NCBI GenBank assembly: GCA_048941285.1
Contig: JBHLNS010000019.1
Span: forward strand, 1-51,348
Origin: Promethearchaeota archaeon
GTDB lineage: Archaea; Asgardarchaeota; Lokiarchaeia; Sigyniarchaeales; SOKP01
Direction of reading: 5' to 3'
DNA length: 51,348 bases
Shown here: piece after piece, positions 1 through 9,577 of the stretch
How positions within the stretch are numbered: the first letter of the stretch is position 1
Layout: each line of letters starts with the position of its first letter
Translations under genes and position numbers: made by a program
Notes under the pieces: model-generated
Databases searched by the model: none
What the model was told of the DNA's origin: nothing
What the model saw: the letters and a program-made list of their open reading frames with translations, nothing else

Positions 1-1025
1 GATGCATTATAAAGAATGGTTTTTCCCTTAGCAAAAGCACCGACAACAGATAATATTGGAAACAAATCGGGAATATCAGTGCAGTCAACCTCAATTCCTT
101 TTAAAGACATATCTGATAATTCCTCATTTATCATAACCTGATCGTTATCTCTATTAATTTTGATAATGGCCCCCATTCTTTCTAGTATATTGATTATTTT
201 TTGGTCTCCTTGTTTATTTCTGAAGGAAATATTACTAATAATTACTGATGAGGGCTTTTTAGACAATATTGCCGCAACAATGATATTTGAGGCTGAGGAG
301 AAATCTCCGGGTATTTTATAAGATTGGGAACGATAATTTTGCTCATTTGTAACGTAAAATTTTCCAGTTTCGAAATTAGCGTGAATATTTATTCCAAATG
401 CTTCTAATACATCCAAAGTGATTTCTATATACGGTTTGGAGGCTAATGGAGAAGTAAGTTCGATTTCAATATAGTCTCTATTTTTACACTTTAATTGCGG
501 ACATAGTACGAGTAATGCTGTTAAAAATTGAGAGCTTAAATCTCCTTGAATTTGAACTTTATTACATATGTCACTTATTCGTTGGATTTTAAGTTTTGTA
601 TTTGATAATTTATAATCTGCACCTAATTGCCTTAAGGAATTTAATAAAGGTATTATGGGTCTTTTTAATTTTATAAAATCACCTTTTAATGTAAGCCCTT
701 TTTCAATTAACAAACTTAAAGCACTAAAGATTCTTATTGTTGTCCCAGAATTTCCACAATCTATGGGCTTTTTGATTGATTTATAAGCGTCCTTATCAGG
801 TTTGATAATGTATTCATTATTGGTTCTTCTTAGAATTCTTACTCCCAATGAATTTAATACTTTCAACGTAATAGCAACATCTCCACTCATTAAAGGATTT
901 TTAATAATAGAAATGCCTTCGGATAGACTAGCTGCAATAAAAGCTCTATGTGAATAGCTTTTAGACCCAGGTGCTCTGATCTCACCGTTTAAACTGTTAG
1001 TTATTGGATTAATTTTCAAATTCAT
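1..1025 (-). CDS. aroA: 3-phosphoshikimate 1-carboxyvinyltransferase (EPSP synthase), 3' end truncated by window edge
   Basis: Not in the ORF track. Reverse strand from ATG at 1025 reads MNLKINPITNSLNGEIRAPGSKSYSHRA, and further on contains CGNSGTT and SSQF motifs typical of AroA. Divergent from aroC. Confidence 0.95.
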   Translation of the reverse strand, partial: MNLKINPITNSLNGEIRAPGSKSYSHRAFIAASLSEGISIIKNPLMSGDVAITLKVLNSLGVRILRRTNNEYIIKPDKDAYKSIKKPIDCGNSGTTIRIFSALSLLIEKGLTLKGDFIKLKRPIIPLLNSLRQLGADYKLSNTKLKIQRISDICNKVQIQGDLSSQFLTALLVLCPQLKCKNRDYIEIELTSPLASKPYIEITLDVLEAFGINIHANFETGKFYVTNEQNYRSQSYKIPGDFSSASNIIVAAILSKKPSSVIISNISFRNKQGDQKIINILERMGAIIKINRDNDQVMINEELSDMSLKGIEVDCTDIPDLFPILSVVGAFAKGKTILYNA

Positions 1026-1106
1026 TAAGTAATAAATAGAAAGTAATAGATATAATATTAATTAAATAATCATAATAGACAATTATTATATCAATCCTTA
1101 TCAGGC

Positions 1107-2222
1107 GTGAAAAATTTGGATAATTCGTTTGGTACAATCTATAGAATAACCTCTTTTGGAGAGAGTCATGGAGATTTAATAGGGATCATAATAGATGGAG
1201 TTCCTGCGGGATTAGAATTTGATTTAAATGTTATACAAAATGAAGTAGATAGAAGAAAACCAGCTCAATCATATTTAACATCTCCTCGTTTTGAAGAAGA
1301 TCGCGTTAAAGTATTGGCAGGTGTTTACGAAAATAGAACAACAGGAGCACCACTATGTCTAATAATTGAAAATAAAGATATAGATTCTTCAGTATATGAA
1401 AATTTTCGAGATATTATGCGTCCATCCCATATTGATTATCCGGCATTAAGAAAATATGGTGGATTCTCTGATCCACGAGGTTCAGGTCGTTTTTCTGGCA
1501 GAATTACTGCAGGGTTTGTAATGGCAGGTGCTATGGCTAAACAGATATTGAAAAAATATGATATCATGATTTTTGCTTATGCAAAAAGTATTGGAGATAT
1601 TATTGATAATAGGGAATATTCTCCAAGCGAGATTAAGAAGTTATTTGAATTAAGAACAAAATCTCTTGTTGGAGCAATTGATCTGGAAAAATCAAAAGCA
1701 ATGGAATCATTAATTGAAGGAGTTAAAAAACTAAGGGATTCAATTGGTGGGATGATAAAATGCATTATTTTAAATTTTCCAGCAGGGAAAGGTAGTCCTG
1801 TATTCAATAGCATAGAGTCTAATATTAGTAACGCAATTTTTGCCATCCCTGCCATAAAAGCGATAGAATTTGGTGTTGGCTTTAAAGCAGCTAAAATGAA
1901 AGGCTCTGAACACAATGATCCATGGATAATAAAAGATGGAAAAGTCCAAACTACTAAGAATGATGCGGGTGGGATTATTGGGGGGATTTCAACAGGGATG
2001 CCTATTGAATTTACAGTAGCGGTTAAACCGACTGCATCTATAGGGATTCCTCAGAAAACTATCAATATTAAAACTAAACAAAATGTAGAATTTGAATATT
2101 CTGGTCGATATGATCCATGTATAGTACCAAGAGTAATTCCAGTTGTGGAGGCTATGACTGCTAATGTTTTACTTGACATTTTACTACGTGAAGGTTTCAT
2201 TCCCAGGATCTTGAAATCTTAA
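1107..2222 (+). CDS. aroC: chorismate synthase
   Basis: FGESHG, RPSHID, GRFSGR, VKPTASI and GRYDPC signature motifs. Confidence 0.97.
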   Translation: MKNLDNSFGTIYRITSFGESHGDLIGIIIDGVPAGLEFDLNVIQNEVDRRKPAQSYLTSPRFEEDRVKVLAGVYENRTTGAPLCLIIENKDIDSSVYENFRDIMRPSHIDYPALRKYGGFSDPRGSGRFSGRITAGFVMAGAMAKQILKKYDIMIFAYAKSIGDIIDNREYSPSEIKKLFELRTKSLVGAIDLEKSKAMESLIEGVKKLRDSIGGMIKCIILNFPAGKGSPVFNSIESNISNAIFAIPAIKAIEFGVGFKAAKMKGSEHNDPWIIKDGKVQTTKNDAGGIIGGISTGMPIEFTVAVKPTASIGIPQKTINIKTKQNVEFEYSGRYDPCIVPRVIPVVEAMTANVLLDILLREGFIPRILKS

Positions 2223-2315
2223 ATAAAATGATAATCAAATAAACGTTATTAATAATCATTAAAATGTAAAATAAAAAATTAAAAAGAGCAAAATTTTTAG
2301 TATATTATTAAGTGA

Positions 2316-2570
2316 ATGATCGTGCCTACACCAAACCAAGAAAAATTCATTGAAGAAATCAATAAAATTATAGATAGATGGTCATTTGAACAGTGCGCTC
2401 ATTGTGAAAATGGAACATTAATTTCAATCGATGGAATGCTTGATTTTAAATGCAGTAAATGTGGAAAAACAATGAATCCCGCTGAATATTTAGGAGAGAT
2501 AGCTAAAACTGTTTTTGCTTATAGAGAACAACTTGAAAATCTTAAAATTAAAAAAGAGAATGATGATTAG
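2316..2570 (+). CDS. small Zn-ribbon hypothetical protein
   Basis: CAHC...CSKC pair in an 84-aa ORF. Confidence 0.7.
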   Translation: MIVPTPNQEKFIEEINKIIDRWSFEQCAHCENGTLISIDGMLDFKCSKCGKTMNPAEYLGEIAKTVFAYREQLENLKIKKENDD

Positions 2571-2658
2571 ATTATAACATCAAACTTAATGAATAATTTA
2601 AATAATTTAAATTATTAAACTCAATTCTTTCATTTATTGAAAAATTAATTAGTTAATT

Positions 2659-4092
2659 ATGGTGGTCATGCCGGTTACTGCAGTGTTATTAGGGGCTGGA
2701 AGAAGGGGATTTCACGTTTATGGAAGTTACGCTATAAAAAATAAAAGAAAGCTAAAATTTGTTGCTATAGCAGAACCAATAAAAAAGCGACGTGAGAATT
2801 TTGCAAAATTACATCAAATCCCTTCTAATAAATGTTTTAGAAGTTGGGAAGATTTACTTTCGAAGCAAAAGCTCGCTGATGTCGCATTCATATGTACTCA
2901 GGATCAAATGCATGTAGAGCCTACTTTATTAGCATTAGATAAAGGATATCATGTTTTGCTAGAGAAACCTATCGCAAGTAAATTAACTGATTGCATTAAG
3001 ATTGTCCAGAGAGTCGAGAAGACAGACAGGATTTTAGGGGTTAGCCACGTTTTAAGGTATGCTGATTTCTTTTTAACTATCTTCAAAATAATTAAATCTA
3101 AATTACTTGGAGATATTATTAATATTTCGCAGCGAGAGAACGTGTCATGGTATCATATGGCCCATAGTTATGTGAGAGGACCGTGGGCAAATGTAGAGAA
3201 ATCTTCACCAATAATTCTAACGAAAGCGTGCCATGATTTAGATTTATTATATTGGATGGTAGGTAGCCTACCAAAAAAGATAAGTTCTTTTGGTAGCTTA
3301 TTCCATTTTAAACCTGAGAATGCACCTAATGGAGCTCCAAAATATTGTCTAGATGGCTGTCCAATTAAAAATACTTGTAATTATTACGCTCCAAGAACCT
3401 ACATCGATATAATCCCGATAATTCAAATTATGCTAAAGGGAAAAAACAAGTTATATAAATTTATAGGAAATTTAAGATATAGACATATAAAATTATTAAC
3501 GTTTCTATCTAAAATATTCCCTCAATTTAAGAGATTAAGGTATTGGAGTGAATGACCTGTTTATTATCTTTATACAGAACAGAAAGAAGACTATTCAGAC
3601 GCGGCAAAACTTAAACTTCTTAAAACAAGTCTATATGGCAGATGTGTTTATTATTGTGATAACACTGTAGTTGATCATCAAGTTGTAAATATTGAGTTTG
3701 AAAATGGTACAACAGCTAATTTTACCCTACATGGCTTTAGTGAGAAAGAAGGTAGAACCCTAAGAATTGATGGTACAGAGGGAACACTATTGGGTGAATT
3801 TCACGATGCATATAAGAAAATAACTCTTTACAATCATTACTCAGGTGAAAAGAAAGTTATATTAAACCAAAAATTATCTCTTCGCACAGTTGAACATGGT
3901 GGTGGAGACATTAAGTTAATTGACGCATTTCTTGATTCAATCACAAACCCGAATACTAAAAAACCTCTAACAAATGCTAGGGAATGTCTTGAAAGTCATT
4001 TGATGGCTTTTGCTGCTAATGAATCTCGTATAAATGGAACTATAATCAATATGGATGACTTTCGCAAGAAATCCGAACTATTTTTACGGTAA
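2659..4092 (+). pseudogene. Gfo/Idh/MocA family oxidoreductase interrupted by a single in-frame TGA at 3553-3555 (pseudogene, sequencing error or readthrough)
   Basis: GAGRRG Rossmann motif, LEKP and KACHDLD. The frame continues open after the TGA (PVYYLY...YGRCVYYCDNTVVDHQVV...) into the 3790..4092 ORF (HGGGD, ESHLMAFAA), giving 477 codons. Confidence 0.8.
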
Positions 4093-4165
4093 AAATATAG
4101 TTAAGTTATTATAATTGATATCATAAAATATCTTATTCATACCAAATTTAAAAAGCTAAATTAGA

Positions 4166-4393
4166 ATGGAAAAAGACAATATTGATACATCTAGTCAATT
4201 TATTGAATTTTATAAGAAAAAAGGAGATTACCTTGTTTCTCTTTCGGAGAATCATTTCAAGAATGTAGAATATCGTAAATGTCTTGAATTATTAAATCAG
4301 GCTTATGGAATGTACATGAAAGGGAATTATACTGAACTTGCTGAAAAAACAAAACAAAGATTCTTAGAAATTAAAGAAAAATACTTTAAGTAA
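4166..4393 (+). CDS. small helical (TPR-like) hypothetical protein
   Basis: 75-aa ORF with TPR-like pattern YRKCLELLNQAYGMY. Confidence 0.6.
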   Translation: MEKDNIDTSSQFIEFYKKKGDYLVSLSENHFKNVEYRKCLELLNQAYGMYMKGNYTELAEKTKQRFLEIKEKYFK

Positions 4394-4401
4394 TTAATAT
4401 T

Positions 4402-4896
4402 TTAATCATATTTAAAAGTTTTACTTAATTTATACTCGATATCTTCAATATGGGAGCCCTGCCAGTACACTTTTTTGCATTGAATGCTCGAACACTGATA
4501 GAAAATATCGAAGTGATTATATGTCTCTTTTAAAACATCCTTTTTAATTGAAATTTTATCTTCAACTCTTTCTAACTTGGAATTACATAAAGAACATCTA
4601 GCTCGTTTTAAGTTAAATTCAAATTTTAAGCCAATTTGCTTATTTAGTTGATCAAGGTAATTATATAACCCTTCCCCTTTAAGAAAGATACTTTTATCCT
4701 TATAACGCCTATATAAAGCTAAATCTTTTGTAATGATAATCCTGTTCTCATTATTTGCATATTCAATTAAAAAGTCATCAGGAACAGGATCTATATTATA
4801 TATCTTTATCAAATCATTAGCGTATACTGTGTTATATCCAAAAATACGCAAGAACCTTGTTAATTTACCCAGCATTGAATTGACTAAAAATTTCAT
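4402..4896 (-). CDS. Mut7-C (PIN-like) RNase domain protein
   Basis: MKFLVNSMLGKLTRFLRIFGY, RIIITKD, RCSLCN, CKKVYWQGSH. Confidence 0.9.
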   Translation of the reverse strand: MKFLVNSMLGKLTRFLRIFGYNTVYANDLIKIYNIDPVPDDFLIEYANNENRIIITKDLALYRRYKDKSIFLKGEGLYNYLDQLNKQIGLKFEFNLKRARCSLCNSKLERVEDKISIKKDVLKETYNHFDIFYQCSSIQCKKVYWQGSHIEDIEYKLSKTFKYD

Positions 4897-4995
4897 ATTG
4901 AAGAAATAAGAATTATTCTAAAGTAAATATATTTAAAGCATCTAATAAATTATATAATCGAAATTTAATCATAATAAAACTTTTTATGAATATAA

Positions 4996-5523
4996 ATGGA
5001 TGCTAAAGGCTTAATGGAAAAAGCTGTAAGATTTCATGGCCACATTTGTCCTGGTCTAGCGATTGGTGTTTTAGCTGCAAAATATGTTTTGGAAAATGGA
5101 TTTGATTATTCACCAAACGAAGAGTTAGTTACTGTCGTTGAGAACGATAATTGTAGTGTTGATGCGCTCCAAGCAATACTAGGTACAACATATGGGAAAG
5201 GAAATCTTGTTCATCAAGATTATGGAAAAATGAATTACTTCTTTTATGATAGAAGAATCAAAAAAGGTGTAAGACTAGCTTTAAAAAGTGAGGAGCTTAA
5301 TAATAAAAAGTTGTCTAGAGATGAAAAGATACAGTTATTGTTAAAATCAAAGCCTGAAAGTATATTCAATATATATGAAATAGAATATAATCCCCCAGGC
5401 TTGGCACAAATAGAACAATCAGTCCCATGTGAGGTATGTGGAGAACTTACTATGAATAGTAGATTAATGACATATAACAACTCTGAGATGTGTATTCCTT
5501 GTTATAAAAAAATAAGAGGTTAA
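4996..5523 (+). CDS. FmdE family protein (formylmethanofuran dehydrogenase subunit E-like) with C-terminal Zn finger
   Basis: FHGHICPG, ENDNCSVDALQ, CEVC...CIPC. Confidence 0.9.
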   Translation: MDAKGLMEKAVRFHGHICPGLAIGVLAAKYVLENGFDYSPNEELVTVVENDNCSVDALQAILGTTYGKGNLVHQDYGKMNYFFYDRRIKKGVRLALKSEELNNKKLSRDEKIQLLLKSKPESIFNIYEIEYNPPGLAQIEQSVPCEVCGELTMNSRLMTYNNSEMCIPCYKKIRG

Positions 5524-5610
5524 AAAAAACAATTTTTCAATTCTAGCTATTTGGACTCAATTACCCTAATAAATTTAATATTATTGATACAGTAAAAATC
5601 CATTCATTTT

Positions 5611-6396
5611 TTGGATAAATTTGAGAGAAAAATGAAAAATATAATTAAGAACATAATGCCTGGTGCAGGACCTTTTTATTTTGAAGGAAATAATATTGGA
5701 ATTCTTTTAATTCATGGGGGAGGTGGTGGAACAGCAGCAGACTTGAAACCTCTAGCAGAAGATTTACACTTGAAAGGAGGTTATACTATTCGTGTTCCTT
5801 TACTTCCAGGTTATGGGACTACACCTAAGGATTTAAAGAATACTTCTATTGATTTTTGGAAATCAGCTCTACATAGAGAAATACGTATCTTGAATGAAAG
5901 ATGTGATAAGATTATTATAGGAGGACATTCTATGGGAGGTGTGTTAACTTTGATTTTGGCTAAAAATTATAATTTGAATGGTATTTTTACCATCAGCGCA
6001 CCACTTGGAATTCAAAGATTTTTATTTCATCTCGTTCCATTGTTTAAAATTTTTATACCATATCATTCTATTGAATCAGAAAAATTTAAAGAAGATACTA
6101 ATGGAAAATGGGTTGGTTATAATAAAATTCCATTAAATATTGCTACAAAGCTGAAAAAACTAATTAAAGAGATGAAAAAATCTTTAAGTGAAATTGAATG
6201 CCCTGCAATTATTTTTCAAGGAAAAAAAGATTCCGAAATTAAAAAAAATAGTATGCTGTATATTTTTGATAATATTAAGTCTACAAAGAAGAGGAAAATT
6301 TGGTTAGAACATAATGATCATCCAATATTAGATAGTCCAGATCACAATGAAATAGTATTAGAACTCGTAAAATTCATTAATGAATTTTGTACTTAA
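5611..6396 (+). CDS. alpha/beta hydrolase, carboxylesterase/monoacylglycerol lipase type; true start may be ATG 5632 or 5656
   Basis: GHSMGG nucleophile elbow, LPGYGT, catalytic D and H candidates. Confidence 0.88.
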   Translation: MDKFERKMKNIIKNIMPGAGPFYFEGNNIGILLIHGGGGGTAADLKPLAEDLHLKGGYTIRVPLLPGYGTTPKDLKNTSIDFWKSALHREIRILNERCDKIIIGGHSMGGVLTLILAKNYNLNGIFTISAPLGIQRFLFHLVPLFKIFIPYHSIESEKFKEDTNGKWVGYNKIPLNIATKLKKLIKEMKKSLSEIECPAIIFQGKKDSEIKKNSMLYIFDNIKSTKKRKIWLEHNDHPILDSPDHNEIVLELVKFINEFCT

Positions 6397-6608
6397 ATTA
6401 TTTATTTTTAAATTAATTACTAAAAATATCAAGATTGGACATTTGCAATTTTTATACAAAATTATGATTAGAAAAAATTTATGGTATTGGCTAATCAGAT
6501 GTCAATCCTTTATTTCTATAAATTTACATAATATTATACGAAAAAAATTAAATGAAATCATAATTGAACAACAGATTTAAATTACTTTATGCATAAGATG
6601 AATAATTT

Positions 6609-7835
6609 ATGATTAAGGATGTAAGTAAAGGCCATACATTATTAATAAAAGGGCCCGCAAGAATAACATTGATAGAAGGAAAAGTTGATGTTTTTGGAAA
6701 AATTTTTACTCCTGGAACAGAGAAAGCACCATTGGAATCTTCAAATTTAAATGATGTTTTAATAGTACCCAGTGCTCACAGTTATCCTATTTATGCTGTA
6801 GAGAAATCAAAAATAGAAATTTATATAAAAACTGAAGAAAATCTTATAAATATTGAAGAAAATTCGATATCTCCCAATTGGAGTGAGATTAAGGACGCTA
6901 TAATAAAGATAATAAAACAAAACCAAGGTATACCTATAAAGATTATGGTATTGGGAATTAGTAGTGGCAAAACAACTTTTATAAAGTATCTAGCGAACAA
7001 TTTCCTAAAAGAAGGTCTAAAGGGGGGCTATCTCGATTCTGATCTAGGTCAACAGATAATTTATGTCCCAACCACAATAAACATTGGCTCCATTGAGAAT
7101 TATATTGTCTCAAGTGAAAATATTAATTCTGAGAAAACAGTATTTATTGGCGCTACTTTTCCAAAAGGTGATTATAAATTCATAGTTTCTCTTTCATCAA
7201 GAAGATTAATAGATGACTACATTGCAAAAAATAAATCGATTAATTTTGTATTAATAGATACAGATGGTTGGATTAAGACTGAAGCGGGGATTCTTTATAA
7301 AAACTTTTTTATCAAAACAGTTGATCCAGACGTTTTAATTATATTTCATGATGAGACAATTGAGGAACTCCAGACAATAGAAAAAACCTCCTCAAGTTCT
7401 AGAAAAGATAGAAAAATATACTTAATCAAAGATAAGAATAAATATTTTTATGAAAAAGATAAAGATGAAAGAAGATTTTTACGTCAAAGTCAATTTTCAA
7501 AGAAATTTGAAGAATTTAGGAAAATTTCGATTCCTTTAGATATGATGAAATTTATAAAAAAAGAATATGACAAAGAAAAAGATCAAATTTTTGAAAAAGA
7601 AATAGACGTCTACGATCTTGTTAATCTTCCTTATCATTATGTAATTATTGGCTTAATGTCTGAAAAATCTGAGTTAATAGAAATTGGACTTCTTTTCACT
7701 GTGAATATTGAAAAAAATTATATTTTACTATATTCAAACTTAACTTATAAGCAACAACTTAAGGTAAAGAAGATTTTAATCGGTTCACTTAGGTTAAGCA
7801 TAAAAGGGAATCATCAGGGATATTTATATCTTTAA
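6609..7835 (+). CDS. Clp1/Grc3/Nol9-like polynucleotide 5'-hydroxyl kinase
   Basis: N-terminal LIKGPA beta domain, GISSGKTT P-loop, LDSDLGQ, PTTI, IDTDGW. Confidence 0.85.
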   Translation: MIKDVSKGHTLLIKGPARITLIEGKVDVFGKIFTPGTEKAPLESSNLNDVLIVPSAHSYPIYAVEKSKIEIYIKTEENLINIEENSISPNWSEIKDAIIKIIKQNQGIPIKIMVLGISSGKTTFIKYLANNFLKEGLKGGYLDSDLGQQIIYVPTTINIGSIENYIVSSENINSEKTVFIGATFPKGDYKFIVSLSSRRLIDDYIAKNKSINFVLIDTDGWIKTEAGILYKNFFIKTVDPDVLIIFHDETIEELQTIEKTSSSSRKDRKIYLIKDKNKYFYEKDKDERRFLRQSQFSKKFEEFRKISIPLDMMKFIKKEYDKEKDQIFEKEIDVYDLVNLPYHYVIIGLMSEKSELIEIGLLFTVNIEKNYILLYSNLTYKQQLKVKKILIGSLRLSIKGNHQGYLYL

Positions 7836-7931
7836 CTTTTTATTTTATCATTAAATACATTTCAATTTTTATTATTTCAAAATTGGCAATAAGACTAATT
7901 TTTTTAAATTTTGAAATAATTATAATAATTT

Positions 7932-9377
7932 ATGGATGAGGATCTTCTCACTAAGTTTCTGAAAATGATGTCTTCAGAAATTTCAGAATCAGATTTAGAA
8001 TTAATTAGTTTGGGAAAATCATTAGGATTAGATTTAGTATCATTTGCCGATTTGAGAGCATCTCAAGATGATTCATTTACCGATGAAGTAAGAAATAAAG
8101 CTTTAGATATTATGAAAAAAGATATGGGCAATGTATTGAACAGTAGGGATTCATTTTATGCTGGTAGTATCGATTTCATGGTATCTGATGAACCTAATAG
8201 TAAAAAATTTTTCCTTTTAGAAACGAATGGAGGTTCTCACAGAGGACTCTCAATAATTACCGAAAAACAACAAACTATTTTATATGATGGATATTTAGAA
8301 GCTATTAACCAGGCTATTTATAGAAATAAGAATAATCTCAATAAAATTTTTGTAATAGTCGGTGTAACGATTAACGACGGCCTAATTCATGAAAAGATAA
8401 TAATGATAGAATATTTTAGAAAATACCTTAAAGCTAATGGGCATTCTGTAAAAATTTTTAATACGGAAAATTACGATAAAGAATTCAAAGCGGAAATTGT
8501 ATTTCTAATAGCCGATTATAGCCAATTGTCCATATCTCTTTCATTTTCAAACAACTGGATTAAATATAATGGAGAGGAAGTTAGTGTATTAATTGGTGAT
8601 GGAATAACGAGACGGTTCAATAATAAAAAGTTCTTAAAATTAATTAAAAAAAATTTTCATAAGATAAATTCAATTTTAGTAAATCCTATTTATAATGTAA
8701 CTGACGATAAGTCTTTAACATATTTAGCAAGTTATTTTAGTAAAGAAATTCTCAAAAAGTATAATTTAAAATATCTTATATTCACAAAAGCATTCACGGA
8801 AAAAGATTTAATTGAAAAATTAAAGTATCTTATTAGAGAATACAACAAATCGTTTATTATCAAACCTAGTGGGGGATCGGGAGGAGCGGGAGTAATACCT
8901 ATTTCTAGGGAGGAGGATGTCCTTAATATTAAAAATCTTGTTGAAAAAAGTAAAAATGAATTTTTTGCAAAATTTACTAAAAATCGTAATCCTTTTCCGT
9001 ACACTATCCAGGAAATGGCTGATTTCTCATTAATAGATTGGAAGGGAGGGAAACACACATTTGATTTACGCATTTATTTAGCTCAAAAAGATTGTCAAGT
9101 TATCCCTATAGGAGGGTTAGCTCGAATTGCACGTGAACAATTTGTTAATAAAAAAATCCTAAATAAGCAAGAGTTTGTTGTAAATTTATCTGGGTATAAT
9201 GGCCAAATTGAAGTTCAACGTGGAATAGGTTTTTCGGAGAATAATTGTAGGCTATTAAATTTAACCAAAGAAGATTTTGTAAATATGTTTTGTATAGGAT
9301 GTGTATTATTTACAAATATAGTAAAAAATTATAAAAAAATCATCAATTTTTCAGATTGGAAAAAGATTTTTGATTGA
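7932..9377 (+). CDS. circularly permuted ATP-grasp amide ligase
   Basis: IDFM...FLLETN near the N-terminus; IKPSGGSGGAGV, TIQE, DLRIY and GGLAR in the C-terminal half. Confidence 0.7.
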   Translation: MDEDLLTKFLKMMSSEISESDLELISLGKSLGLDLVSFADLRASQDDSFTDEVRNKALDIMKKDMGNVLNSRDSFYAGSIDFMVSDEPNSKKFFLLETNGGSHRGLSIITEKQQTILYDGYLEAINQAIYRNKNNLNKIFVIVGVTINDGLIHEKIIMIEYFRKYLKANGHSVKIFNTENYDKEFKAEIVFLIADYSQLSISLSFSNNWIKYNGEEVSVLIGDGITRRFNNKKFLKLIKKNFHKINSILVNPIYNVTDDKSLTYLASYFSKEILKKYNLKYLIFTKAFTEKDLIEKLKYLIREYNKSFIIKPSGGSGGAGVIPISREEDVLNIKNLVEKSKNEFFAKFTKNRNPFPYTIQEMADFSLIDWKGGKHTFDLRIYLAQKDCQVIPIGGLARIAREQFVNKKILNKQEFVVNLSGYNGQIEVQRGIGFSENNCRLLNLTKEDFVNMFCIGCVLFTNIVKNYKKIINFSDWKKIFD

Positions 9378-9577
9378 AATGACTATTGAAACTCGGTCGA
9401 ATCTGTATTCTATAGAATTAGAGGCTTAAAAGCATTTTTTTCACTTTTTTGAAGAAGTCAAGAATTCAAAATCAGATCCTAATTACTTCGAAAAAAAACT
9501 TATTCTTATTAATATTGGCATAGAATTAGCTTTAAAATCTATAAAAGCAATGAATAATTTATTTTAAAACCATACCA

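Noticed and set aside
3553-3555. Genome-wide UGA=Trp recoding
   Set aside because: Other genes use TGG for Trp and several end at TGA at the expected C-termini.
6380-6580. 66-aa ORF between the esterase and Clp1
   Set aside because: I/K/N-rich translation of AT-rich intergenic DNA with no motif.
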